A DNA stretch of 31,716 nt from IMG/VR virus record IMGVR_UViG_3300020044_003991, positions 1 to 31,716 of that record; one strand, 5' to 3'. Within the stretch, counting starts at the first letter, position 1, and the number at the start of each line of letters is the position of its first letter. The notes beneath the pieces are model-generated. The model made no database searches. It had not been told where the DNA came from and was given only the letters and a program-made list of their open reading frames with translations. This document shows, piece after piece, positions 6,440 through 15,634 of the stretch. The position numbers and the translations under genes were made by a program. The DNA comes from a virus (taxonomy: Duplodnaviria; Caudoviricetes).

Positions 6440-6969
6440 ATCTTAGTATTTGCGTTCATAATTGCCAACCTTAATGCAGCCGAAGCGTTCTCAATTATCA
6501 GTATCGCCTCATTGCGTTCTAAATCAGTCTTTGCCATTCCAAGCAGTTTCAGACCTCCTTCAACCTTTGAGTGATGAGAAAGCAATTCGTGATGAATAAA
6601 ATGCTTGATTGATTCTAAGGCTTTCTTTTGGCGTTTGATTTCATCCCTGTTCGTCTGAGGTGTATCTTCTAAAATTACCCCGATAAAATGTAGATGCGTA
6701 TGTAACAGCGTGTCAAATGTAAATCGGCAAAGTTCGTACCTGTGTCCTTTTACCTTGACCTTTACCGAAACATTGTTTTTCTTTTTGCTGACAACCTTTA
6801 GAAAATTAGCAGCATCCTCTTCATGCAAAAAATCTAACAGGTTCGCCCCGATTGTGATGTCAATTGTACTTTGAAAAAAGTTATTTGAATAGATTACCCG
6901 AAAATTAGGATCACAAACAAAGTACAAAATCGAATCCGAAACTAATGCCAACCTGTCTAACATGCTCAC
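6436..6969 (-). CDS. PAS-like plus HisKA-like protein without ATPase domain
   Basis: DPNFRVIYSN and LLDFLHEED (PAS hallmarks), coiled coil, H-box-like FIHHELLSH helix pair, then stop. Confidence 0.62.
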   Translation of the reverse strand: MSMLDRLALVSDSILYFVCDPNFRVIYSNNFFQSTIDITIGANLLDFLHEEDAANFLKVVSKKKNNVSVKVKVKGHRYELCRFTFDTLLHTHLHFIGVILEDTPQTNRDEIKRQKKALESIKHFIHHELLSHHSKVEGGLKLLGMAKTDLERNEAILIIENASAALRLAIMNANTKI

Positions 6970-6977
6970 AAAGGTAC

Positions 6978-7211
6978 TTATTCTATTTTAGGTTTCCACC
7001 CATTCGGATTGTATGTGCCGTCTTCGTTTGGTGTGTAGTCTCCTAAATCCCTCATTTCGTATTCGGTAAACACTTCTGGCATTATCGCCACCATTTCAAT
7101 TGGCGCAAACCAAGTTCCGTCCTCAAGTTCAATGAAATGAACTCCATTAATGCCTGACACATAATTTTGAAACTCATCCACTACACTTTGGCTTACTACT
7201 GCTACTATCAT
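6978..7211 (-). CDS. small acidic protein after fibre genes (possible fibre chaperone)
   Basis: 77 aa acidic, coupled to the upstream fibre-associated gene. Confidence 0.5.
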   Translation of the reverse strand: MIVAVVSQSVVDEFQNYVSGINGVHFIELEDGTWFAPIEMVAIMPEVFTEYEMRDLGDYTPNEDGTYNPNGWKPKIE

Positions 7212-8065
7212 ACGTTTCTCTGTAACATTTGTTGAAATATGTCCACTATTATTGAAAGGTTTTGAGCATCTGTATTTTTCATGTTTGCTCCTCCCACGGC
7301 AAGAATAAAAGTATCATCGGGTGTTAAGCCTGTACCTCCGCAAGCAAAAGCGCATTCAGCAGTGGAGAATCTACTTACGATTGAAGGTCTGTTCTCGCAA
7401 AGAATTCCCATCTGAGTTCCTGTGGTATAAGGTGAGACAGTTGATGCCTGAGTACCAACTAACGTCTTGTTTCTGTAACCACGATTTAATGAGGCTGATG
7501 TTCTTGTTCCTATTATTAAACCCTGTGTGTTTGTTACACCCACATTTATCCCCGATGCGCCATCACCAAAAAAAGATAGCATATTAGGTCCTGTATTAGT
7601 GTAGATTCCACAAACTGCCGACCCAGCATTATTAACCGCAGACATTAAACCTCCAAGAGCGTTTACCGATGTGCGAGAATAGTAGGCTAGGTGGACATCA
7701 AAATCAGAAAATACAGTGTCAACATTTATCCCTGTTAAACCATATTGATTAATACCGTTACCCCTTACTCCTGTCCTTGATGCTGTTGGGGTATTAAACC
7801 AAGTAATCTGATACAGGCTTGGATTTACAAGATTATAACTGCAAGTCCTTAATGTGCCACCAACCATTGGATAAATGAAAGTCATTTTACTCCAAAGTTT
7901 AAAAACCTTTAAGTTCATTACCAATGTTTCAACGGCAATCTTTTCTTCTGAAGTAAGTGTGCCTACTGTATTAATAAACCTGAGAGCGTCGGGGTCTTTA
8001 CCGTAAGGAAACCCATAGGCGAATTCACCAACAAGTCCATAAACCCTTCCTCCGCTATAAGTCAT
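7208..8065 (-). CDS. tail-fibre-associated / putative receptor-binding protein
   Basis: Helical N-terminus (DPDALRFI...LWSKMTFIYPMVGGT) followed by a beta-rich, lectin/LamG-like region; lies in the fibre cluster. Confidence 0.55.
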   Translation of the reverse strand: MTYSGGRVYGLVGEFAYGFPYGKDPDALRFINTVGTLTSEEKIAVETLVMNLKVFKLWSKMTFIYPMVGGTLRTCSYNLVNPSLYQITWFNTPTASRTGVRGNGINQYGLTGINVDTVFSDFDVHLAYYSRTSVNALGGLMSAVNNAGSAVCGIYTNTGPNMLSFFGDGASGINVGVTNTQGLIIGTRTSASLNRGYRNKTLVGTQASTVSPYTTGTQMGILCENRPSIVSRFSTAECAFACGGTGLTPDDTFILAVGGANMKNTDAQNLSIIVDIFQQMLQRNV

Positions 8066-8508
8066 TAGAAATCACCTCCTCTAGCTACAACTTGCATTTG
8101 ATCTTGAACTCCTGCACATACTGACTGTGAAACCCTTATAATTTGCCCCGAATCAATTATTAATCCACCAATAAAAGTAATAGTTGACGTTGCCCCAATA
8201 ACAGTATTACTTGCCGTTGCGGTTACAATGGCAACCTCTTCAATCAATCTTGGATTATTACCTAATGTATCAGTTAAGAACACCCTTCCAACCATTGCTG
8301 ATGAACCAGCTGGCGTTGCTTGTGCTGAAGTAAATTTTATGTAATCAACACGACTCCCATTTGCTCCTGCTGTAAACAGATTAAAAATGTTAGTGCCGAG
8401 AGTTCCTGACCCATCTCTTGCTGTGTTTGCTGACGCAACAAGACCCGGGATAGTTATTACGGGGCAATTAGGTGTTAAAACGAATATTGGTGAAAAATTT
8501 GCTGCCAT
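8065..8508 (-). CDS. fibre-associated structural protein
   Basis: 147 aa, Ala/Thr/Gly-rich beta protein coupled between fibre genes. Confidence 0.6.
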   Translation of the reverse strand: MAANFSPIFVLTPNCPVITIPGLVASANTARDGSGTLGTNIFNLFTAGANGSRVDYIKFTSAQATPAGSSAMVGRVFLTDTLGNNPRLIEEVAIVTATASNTVIGATSTITFIGGLIIDSGQIIRVSQSVCAGVQDQMQVVARGGDF

Positions 8509-8509
8509 A

Positions 8510-10906
8510 TTAAATAAAGTTGTAGTATAAAAATAAATTTGCTCCTGCTAATGGTTTAGCAACTGCGTTTTGAACAAATGCTGTGTTAGCAATAGTTAAG
8601 TCATTTGTTGAAATTGGTTGAGTTGGAGCAGTTGGACTTCCTGTAAAGGCAGGACTTGCTAAAGGTGCTTTTGCGTTAAATGTAGTCCAATCAGCACTAC
8701 TTAATGCACCTCTGTTAGTTGCTGATGCTGTTGGTAGATTGAATGTATGAGTATCTGTTACCGAACTAATTGCAAAGTCAGTACCGCTAGTTCCAACTGC
8801 CAAGTTTTGCACCTGTGCCGTCAAGCCATTAAGAGCATTGATGCCAGTTGAGAAAGTAGTTATAACTTGGCATAAATGACCATTCTCAGTATGTAGTTCA
8901 ATATTTTTACCTGATGTGTTTACAAAGACTCTGAGTGCTAACCTATCAGTAAGTGCAAGTGTTGTAGCAGGAACTGCCAATGCTGTAAAATAAGCATCTA
9001 ATGTAGTGCCATTGGTAATCCCTTCAGGTGTTAAAGCATCCGTTGCAATTAAAGTGAATGTAAGTCCTATGGTATCATACTTGTATAACTCAACATAATA
9101 TGATGGACTGCCACCATTTGAAGATGCTTTGAAAAATAGTTCTAAATTCCAATTTCCTGCTGGTATAGATAGCAAATTTGGATCACCAGCATCAGTTATA
9201 AATTGAGCAATCAATCCATTACCCGCAGAATTAAGTCTTGTAAAAGTAGTACCTCCTGCCAAGACTGGAGTTTTACTCATCTCGTAATAAGTAGAACCAC
9301 CAAAAGTACCTTGATTAACTGATCCATTTAAGTAGTAACTAACCGATGAACCACCACCGCTTGATGTTGGAAAGTTAGCTAATTGCCCATCGCCTCTGAT
9401 ATATTGAGATGAAAGTCCTGCCGCTGCAACGGCTAATGTTCCTGATGTTGTAATTGGATTTCCTGTAACAGTAAATGCAACAGGCATTGTTAAATCAACT
9501 GAGGTTACTGTACCATTTGTTAATGTAGGGAATAATGTTGGTGTACCTGTTCCATCTAAGTAATCTGCATTTGTTCCCGTTGGAACATCAAATTTGCCAT
9601 TAAATGTACCCCAATCAGCAGATGAAAGAAGTCCACGATTAGCAGCAGAAGCCGTTGGAATGTTAAATGTATGAACCGTTCCTGCTGATACGATACCAAA
9701 GTCAGTTCCGGTAGTTCCTGTTGCAAATGTTTGAACCGCTCCGGTTAATCCGTTTAATGATGTTATTGCAGCAGATAACTTGTTGTTGAATGTAGTCCAA
9801 TCGGCAGAAGATAACTGCCCGTTTTGAGAACCTGAAGCGATTTGAAGTGATATTGATAAAGTCGGCGTTGAGGTTGAAAGTGTAACCGTTCCTGTGAATC
9901 CGTTTCCATCCGTAAAAATAAAATCAGTAACAGTTCCAGAACTTATTGCAGGAAAATTAGCAAGTGAACCATCACCACGAACATATTGAGAAGTGTTGCC
10001 TGTTGGAATTGGAAAGTAAGTTAATGCAGCGGCAGCCGTAGTAAGGTAAGGAATAAGAGCGGTTGCAAGAAGAAAGCCCGATGGATTTCCGAGTAAGGGA
10101 TAAAAGTTAGCAGCAAGATAAGCGACTAAATCAGCCTGAGAAGCAACACCTGTTCCTGTGCCTATTGAACCCCATGCCGCTGATCCTCCACCGCCACCGT
10201 TTATTGTAACTGTAACTGAATTAGCGTCTGACGATGCCGTAACACCTGCGCCCTCAAAATTTATTTGCCGGACATTGTTTGTGAGTAGTATCCCCTCATC
10301 ATAAATAGAAATGTTGCAACAATTGCTAGGACTTGGAACGTATGGAGGCAGAATTACACTATCACAAGCGGCATAACAACCCTCACTTGAATCGGTAATA
10401 ATTTCAATATTAAAATCAACCGTTACACAAGCCCATTCTAAGTTTTTGGTTAATGTTTTTGTTTCCTCACCATAACTAACAGGAACAACATCGTATTGAA
10501 TCAATCCTGTTGCTAGTCTGAACTCAACATCTTTACCGGAACAATATTTGAATAATTCAGTAGCAACAAAATCAACTGAATCAGCAGCATCGCATGGAAG
10601 TGAAGACCTACGTACAATTCCATAAGCAGTCAAGGGAATTGAAATTAAGTAAAGCTGCCGACATGATATTGAATTATACTGCTCATTCTGACTTATCGTA
10701 ACCCGTCCACGTTTTGCCCAAAATAAAGTACCATTTGCACCGTCATAATCGCTTACAACTTGCGCCTGACCGTCACCAATATAATTTACCCAAGCCTTTT
10801 CGTTACCGTTTTGATTGAGTTCTGATAGTCCGTAAATCTTATCGAACAAGTTACGTGTGGCAACCCGTTGATTAAGTCGGTCAATTATGAGTGAGAGTAG
10901 GTTCAT
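8510..10906 (-). CDS. tail fibre protein with N-terminal virion-attachment (possibly tail-terminator-like) domain
   Basis: 798 aa; about 190 aa globular N-terminus, then Gly/Thr/Ser-rich repeats (LSSADWxTFNxK x3, QYxRGDGxLANFP x2, SPAFTGSPTAPT). Confidence 0.78.
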   Translation of the reverse strand: MNLLSLIIDRLNQRVATRNLFDKIYGLSELNQNGNEKAWVNYIGDGQAQVVSDYDGANGTLFWAKRGRVTISQNEQYNSISCRQLYLISIPLTAYGIVRRSSLPCDAADSVDFVATELFKYCSGKDVEFRLATGLIQYDVVPVSYGEETKTLTKNLEWACVTVDFNIEIITDSSEGCYAACDSVILPPYVPSPSNCCNISIYDEGILLTNNVRQINFEGAGVTASSDANSVTVTINGGGGGSAAWGSIGTGTGVASQADLVAYLAANFYPLLGNPSGFLLATALIPYLTTAAAALTYFPIPTGNTSQYVRGDGSLANFPAISSGTVTDFIFTDGNGFTGTVTLSTSTPTLSISLQIASGSQNGQLSSADWTTFNNKLSAAITSLNGLTGAVQTFATGTTGTDFGIVSAGTVHTFNIPTASAANRGLLSSADWGTFNGKFDVPTGTNADYLDGTGTPTLFPTLTNGTVTSVDLTMPVAFTVTGNPITTSGTLAVAAAGLSSQYIRGDGQLANFPTSSGGGSSVSYYLNGSVNQGTFGGSTYYEMSKTPVLAGGTTFTRLNSAGNGLIAQFITDAGDPNLLSIPAGNWNLELFFKASSNGGSPSYYVELYKYDTIGLTFTLIATDALTPEGITNGTTLDAYFTALAVPATTLALTDRLALRVFVNTSGKNIELHTENGHLCQVITTFSTGINALNGLTAQVQNLAVGTSGTDFAISSVTDTHTFNLPTASATNRGALSSADWTTFNAKAPLASPAFTGSPTAPTQPISTNDLTIANTAFVQNAVAKPLAGANLFLYYNFI

Positions 10907-11872
10907 TTACAAAGCAACTTTAACAACGGTTATGTAACAGTCAACGGTTGAATCACCAACGCCTATTGAATCAATATTTGCTATAATACACAATTCACTA
11001 TCTTCTTTATAATGCGCTCCGCCGTCAACAGTAACTCCTTTTACATTCCAATTTTGACTTACATCTAAAAGACTATTACACTCAAGTTGAGCGTTAAGAG
11101 ACAAGTCAGTGTCAATAAGCAATAGCCTTGAACTATTGAACGCCTCTGTGTTAAATGAATAAAAACAATCAAACGCAGTCGCCCGATAATAAAAACCTGC
11201 GCCACTAGCAGGTAAACCAATATCAATCGGAACTGAGTTTGCTGTTTTTATTTGCGCTGCTGTTAGGGATATTTTGAGGTTGTGAACTTCCTGCCCAAAC
11301 TCCAGCCCCGTTTCATCATTTTTAACCTTAACAACTTTATTCGCCTGTCCTGTGTAGCTACTTGGAACATCCCCTAAATCGGTGAAATCTTCAACCATTG
11401 ACACGGTCAAAGGCAAATAATTAACACTTGCCCAAGCTGCTAAAGAAGTTGAATACCTTGATGTGTAAACACCTGATGAGAATCCGCTAACAGATGAAAA
11501 CCCGGGAATAGTTAAATTGCCCGAACCTGCCCTGTTTAATTTCATCACTAAAATTGCCCCGTCTTTTGGTGAGCTGTAAGAAGTGACAGTTACAGAAACA
11601 AATGGATCGCCACTTGCAGTTTGCAGAAATAAATAATGATTCGTACTAACCGTGTCTGCAAGCGTTACAGAATAAGTATCGGCTGCATTGGTAACGATTT
11701 GAGATGATGTAATCTTTGGTGCTAAATACGAACCGTAAATATTGCCAATCGTGGATTTAAACGAACTACCTGCCGGGTCTTGTGAAGTATCCGAAACATC
11801 CACAACGTGAACTAAATCACCGTCTGCAAAATTGCTTGTCTTAGCGGTTCTGTCTGTTAGTTTCTCAGCCAT
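10907..11872 (-). CDS. fibre/decoration protein
   Basis: N-terminal KLTDRT...DLVHVVDVSD...GSSFKST attachment-type segment; FTDLGDVPSSYTGQANKVVKVKNDETGLEF fibre repeat. Confidence 0.65.
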   Translation of the reverse strand: MAEKLTDRTAKTSNFADGDLVHVVDVSDTSQDPAGSSFKSTIGNIYGSYLAPKITSSQIVTNAADTYSVTLADTVSTNHYLFLQTASGDPFVSVTVTSYSSPKDGAILVMKLNRAGSGNLTIPGFSSVSGFSSGVYTSRYSTSLAAWASVNYLPLTVSMVEDFTDLGDVPSSYTGQANKVVKVKNDETGLEFGQEVHNLKISLTAAQIKTANSVPIDIGLPASGAGFYYRATAFDCFYSFNTEAFNSSRLLLIDTDLSLNAQLECNSLLDVSQNWNVKGVTVDGGAHYKEDSELCIIANIDSIGVGDSTVDCYITVVKVAL

Positions 11873-12422
11873 TGAATTGTTTGTTAATTTGTTCGATTAT
11901 TAATTCTGCGTGAAGTAGTAGCATTTCTTGTTGTTCCTCGTCTGATGGTTGGAAGATAATTCCGTATTTAGATTCTAAGCCGTCAACCTTTCCGATTTGT
12001 TCTGTTGATATTTCAATAGTTGCTGTTAATCCGTCCTCTGAAACAGGCGTTGAAATCCAAGAACGGTTTAATGCACCGGTTAATTGCAAAGGCAAAACCG
12101 CAGAAGTTTGTGTTTTAATTTGAGCGTAACCGAATGGAAAATATAAAGACTTGATTGCAGTTCCTCGTTTGCCTTTTTTAAATTGACTTGGTGCATTCCT
12201 TAACGATGTTGGCGAAACGTAAATCGGTTTTGTTGAATATGGTTCAGTAGGTAATTTCGTGCCGTCTGTATTGCTTCCACCAGAAGTTCCTTTGCCAAAT
12301 ATTCGCTCCTGCATCAGATTGGTTTTTAAATTAAACACAGCTTGATACAATGGTTCAAAATTAGTAAACCACCCTGCGAGCATATCTTTTAAATTTTTAT
12401 CCAACTGATCAACCGTTATCAT
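11865..12422 (-). CDS. neck/tail-completion protein (Mu gpG / HK97 gp10-like)
   Basis: PLQLTGALNRS resembles the LxxTGxLxxS motif; position downstream of capsid genes. Confidence 0.55.
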   Translation of the reverse strand: MITVDQLDKNLKDMLAGWFTNFEPLYQAVFNLKTNLMQERIFGKGTSGGSNTDGTKLPTEPYSTKPIYVSPTSLRNAPSQFKKGKRGTAIKSLYFPFGYAQIKTQTSAVLPLQLTGALNRSWISTPVSEDGLTATIEISTEQIGKVDGLESKYGIIFQPSDEEQQEMLLLHAELIIEQINKQFNG

Positions 12423-13432
12423 GGTAAGGCTGTTACGTATTTAATGTTTCTTTGACAATCGAAGCAATGAACATCGTTTGGCAATCTCATGTTCTGAAGT
12501 ACCGTCTGAAGTTCGATGTTATATTTATCGGCTGCAATCGAACGAGCCTGTGTAAGTTGATCTATTGTAACTGATACCGCCGTGTTAACTCGTTTTGTTG
12601 GTGAAATAGTCAACGCATAATCATAAATTTCAACCGCCGTGCCGTAAGCCAAAGCCAAGGCAAGTAAACCGCCGATTGAACAAAGCCACGATTCACGATC
12701 ACAATTCACGTTATAAACTAGGCTCATACCTTGCGTGTACTTAGCTACATTTGAAGTGAGTATAGTTGTTCCATCCGTTGTTAGTTGAATGCCGGAAGCG
12801 TCAACAAACGGGCAAATGTGAGCATCTTTAATGTTACCGCCGCAATCAGTACATGAACCTTTTTTAACTGTCAACCGATAAGTGTCAACAAGCGATTCAT
12901 AAACGAATGCAAGATCAGCTTTACGCCTTTTTGCAAAATAGTTTTTATTGATGTACTGATCAACCGAACCGACTGCATAAGTGAATGTATCAATCTTCAG
13001 CCCTGTTGTCATATCGAAAACGAGAATCGAAGTGTTAACCGAACTTGCAGGAATAGCGATACTGAAATCAGAAAGGTTAAACGCTAGGAATGAACTTGAA
13101 TTAGGATCAATCTTTACACGTATGCCGCCATAATTTCCTGCACCTAAAGCAGGATCAACATTCGATGAATTTGTCAACACTTGCCCGATTCGCATTGAAT
13201 CAATTATCGTGTCGGCTTTCATCATTGGCGAAAGTCTGGAAATGAAATCAGACGAAATCTTACGCCAAGCTAAAGACCGTTTATCTTCGAACAATTCAAC
13301 ACCCGTTTGATATTGCGAAGTAATAAACTGATCAAGTAAAGGAGATGTGATACCTAGCGTATCAATGTATAGACCCGTGATCGGATCTTGTAACGTGCAA
13401 TCTTTAATACCTAGTAGTGATTCGTAGCACAT
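12419..13432 (-). CDS. virion structural protein (probable head-tail adaptor)
   Basis: 337 aa directly after the major capsid gene; Cys-rich; function inferred from position only. Confidence 0.5.
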   Translation of the reverse strand: MCYESLLGIKDCTLQDPITGLYIDTLGITSPLLDQFITSQYQTGVELFEDKRSLAWRKISSDFISRLSPMMKADTIIDSMRIGQVLTNSSNVDPALGAGNYGGIRVKIDPNSSSFLAFNLSDFSIAIPASSVNTSILVFDMTTGLKIDTFTYAVGSVDQYINKNYFAKRRKADLAFVYESLVDTYRLTVKKGSCTDCGGNIKDAHICPFVDASGIQLTTDGTTILTSNVAKYTQGMSLVYNVNCDRESWLCSIGGLLALALAYGTAVEIYDYALTISPTKRVNTAVSVTIDQLTQARSIAADKYNIELQTVLQNMRLPNDVHCFDCQRNIKYVTALP

Positions 13433-13445
13433 CTTTAAGTTTTTT

Positions 13446-13477
13446 AAAAATCTGCCCGGCTATTACACCGAGCAGAT
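13446..13477 (-). terminator. intrinsic terminator after major capsid gene
   Basis: Minus strand ATCTGCTCGG-loop-CCGGGCAGAT followed by TTTT. Confidence 0.7.
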
Positions 13478-13480
13478 AGT

Positions 13481-13573
13481 TTATTGGAAATCGAAATCTT
13501 CTCCTGATTGGAATTGAAACGCAAATCCATCCTGAAATTCTTTGGAGATCAAGAAGTCAGGACTTACGGGTTT
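13481..13573 (-). other. -1 frameshift site and 28-codon C-terminal extension of major capsid protein
   Basis: A_AAC_CCG_TAA heptamer at the stop; -1 frame reads VSPDFLISKEFQDGFAFQFQSGEDFDFQ*. Confidence 0.7.
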
Positions 13574-14613
13574 GTGATCAATACTTGGTTAACATAGTTA
13601 ACACCTGAATACTTATCCGCAGATTCGTAGATGTTTGTTGGTAACGCAACCACTTTACCGGTAAAGGTCAGAACGATTGATAAATTACCGCAATCATCTT
13701 TCATCGTCAAATCAGCAGACAGACCGGCAGGAGTTGTAACGATCACACGAGAGTAACCAGTACCCAAAGAGAAAGTAACACCCTGATTCCATTGAGCCAA
13801 GTTGTAAGACAATAACTGAATCGCTCCCGGAGTTGTGATTATCGCCTCAAGATTACTGCCTAAAGCAGAAACCAAACGAGCGTCATAAGCAAATCCGAAA
13901 CCGTTTTGAGCCGAAATAGCTGCAAGGTCGATTCCGTATTGAGTGCAACATCCGGCTAGTACTGCATTTGCATAGCGTTGCATTTCTGCACCACCAAACG
14001 CGATAGGTGCTCCCGGATAGTTTGCCATTCTTGTTGCTTGTTGAATGTCGGCAAGGGTAAACTCATTAAGAGCCTGTCCGCCTGTTTGACGTGTTGCAAG
14101 TACAAGTTGATCCGATCCGTTCACGGTGTAGAAACTTGAAACTTCAGTTCCCCATTTACCTGTAAGTGCAACAGCTTGTGTAGCGGTAGCAGAAGAAACC
14201 TTACGATCAAGAACATCCATCAATCGCATAACTGATTCTAGGATGTAACGTGAATTGTCTTGACAATGACGTGCAATTGCTTCGGCATCAATTAGAGCAG
14301 ATGCTTGGTAGGTGTCAGTAGTTTCAAGAGTGTAAGTAGTGGTTGAATCACCGTATTCGTTTGTAGCAGAACAGGCTTTAATATCTGCTCCTGCTTCAAC
14401 TTCGGTTTCCGGTAATCGCTGAATCCAACGTGCTTCAACCGTTCTTAGTTTACCACCTCCCGGCGAAACATTTTGAACGATGGCGGATTGATTTTCAGCC
14501 GAGTTAAGAAATTCAAGAAAAGGAAGTTGCTCGCGTTGACCAACCTCAATAAACAACTCACCTAAAGGAAGTTGTATGTTCGGGCATTCCGATAATATTC
14601 GTGAAATAGACAT
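13564..14613 (-). CDS. major capsid protein
   Basis: 349 aa, follows portal, MuF-like and scaffold genes; has its own promoter and terminator. Confidence 0.8.
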   Translation of the reverse strand: MSISRILSECPNIQLPLGELFIEVGQREQLPFLEFLNSAENQSAIVQNVSPGGGKLRTVEARWIQRLPETEVEAGADIKACSATNEYGDSTTTYTLETTDTYQASALIDAEAIARHCQDNSRYILESVMRLMDVLDRKVSSATATQAVALTGKWGTEVSSFYTVNGSDQLVLATRQTGGQALNEFTLADIQQATRMANYPGAPIAFGGAEMQRYANAVLAGCCTQYGIDLAAISAQNGFGFAYDARLVSALGSNLEAIITTPGAIQLLSYNLAQWNQGVTFSLGTGYSRVIVTTPAGLSADLTMKDDCGNLSIVLTFTGKVVALPTNIYESADKYSGVNYVNQVLITNP

Positions 14614-14718
14614 TTGTAGTCGAATTTGTAAGTATGCAATCGAATTTAAAAGGCTGATGCTTCGCCTACGATTTACAATTTACAGTCTTGTTAGACTACG
14701 TGCTGTCTTAATGCGGTT

Positions 14719-14726
14719 CAAATATA
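14719..14726 (-). promoter_or_regulatory. -7 promoter element for major capsid gene
   Basis: TATATTTG about 105 nt upstream of the ATG. Confidence 0.6.
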
Positions 14727-14729
14727 CGT

Positions 14730-14772
14730 AAAAAAGGATTGAAAGATACAAGACCTAACAATCCTTTTTTTT
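14730..14772. terminator. hairpin/terminator after scaffold gene
   Basis: AAAAAAGGATTG...CAATCCTTTTTT inverted repeat with T-tracts on both strands. Confidence 0.55.
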
Positions 14773-14818
14773 GTCAACTTAAACCCAAACATGAAAGTGA
14801 GGTAAAAGTAATTAAATT

Positions 14819-15634
14819 TTAAACACCACCAAGAAAACGAGGATTCACTCCACGAATTATTTTTTTCTCAGGTTCATTTGCTGCCGGTGTTTGTTTACCT
14901 CCTGCTGGCTTACCCTGATGCGGATTCTTTTGAAGTATTCCTGCTTCGGTTGCTTCTTTTAAAAGCACGTCTGAAACGGTCATGTAAGAACCTGCCTTTG
15001 CTGAAGATTTCAACTTCTCACCCGTTTTGATTTCTTTGATAATAGGTGAATCTTCTTCAAGGTCAATTTTAAACTTCTCAAAGAACTCAGATTTGAACCC
15101 TTTCAACTTGTATTTATCAGTCGTTGGATCAATCTTTATTTCTTCAAGTGCCTTTTCAAAGATGCCGTTCAGCTTCGTTTGTTTCTTTTCAATCTCCACC
15201 TGATTTTTAAACCCATCGAATTGAGCCAAAACATCGGCTTTAAGTTGCTTTTCTTCAAGCAAAGATTTCTCAACCTTTTTGTATTTATCTTCCCATTGCT
15301 TAACAAGTTCTTCACCGCCTTTGCCTTCTGCCCGTTTTTCCCATTCTGACTTTTGGGTTTCAAAAAATGTCTTCGCCTTATCTGATGCACCACGAATTAC
15401 ATCTTCAATCTTTTGAGTTTTGAAATCTTCATCCGATAATGTTACACCAAAAGGTTCGTATGCTTTTTTTACAACAGCAGCAACCGAACCCGTAAGCCGT
15501 CCGATCTTGTTGTTCAGTTCCTCAGATTTGAGGTAAGATAAATTAAACTTTTCCTTCGCTTGATCGAGCGTTTCGCTTTCGTCTAGGTTTAGGAATTTCA
15601 CTAGTTCCAGTGCTTCTTCCGGTTTGATCGGCAT
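14819..15634 (-). CDS. capsid scaffolding protein
   Basis: 271 aa Lys/Glu-rich coiled coil with a flexible Pro/Gly tail, directly upstream of the capsid gene. Confidence 0.75.
   Translation of the reverse strand: MPIKPEEALELVKFLNLDESETLDQAKEKFNLSYLKSEELNNKIGRLTGSVAAVVKKAYEPFGVTLSDEDFKTQKIEDVIRGASDKAKTFFETQKSEWEKRAEGKGGEELVKQWEDKYKKVEKSLLEEKQLKADVLAQFDGFKNQVEIEKKQTKLNGIFEKALEEIKIDPTTDKYKLKGFKSEFFEKFKIDLEEDSPIIKEIKTGEKLKSSAKAGSYMTVSDVLLKEATEAGILQKNPHQGKPAGGKQTPAANEPEKKIIRGVNPRFLGGV

Noticed and set aside
6436-6969. Histidine kinase pseudogene
   Set aside because: No ATPase-domain remnant is evident downstream, and the stop is coupled to the next start codon.
8669-9760. Fibre repeats as diversity-generating retroelement TR/VR pair
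   Set aside because: Both copies are in-frame protein repeats with general divergence, and no reverse transcriptase is present.
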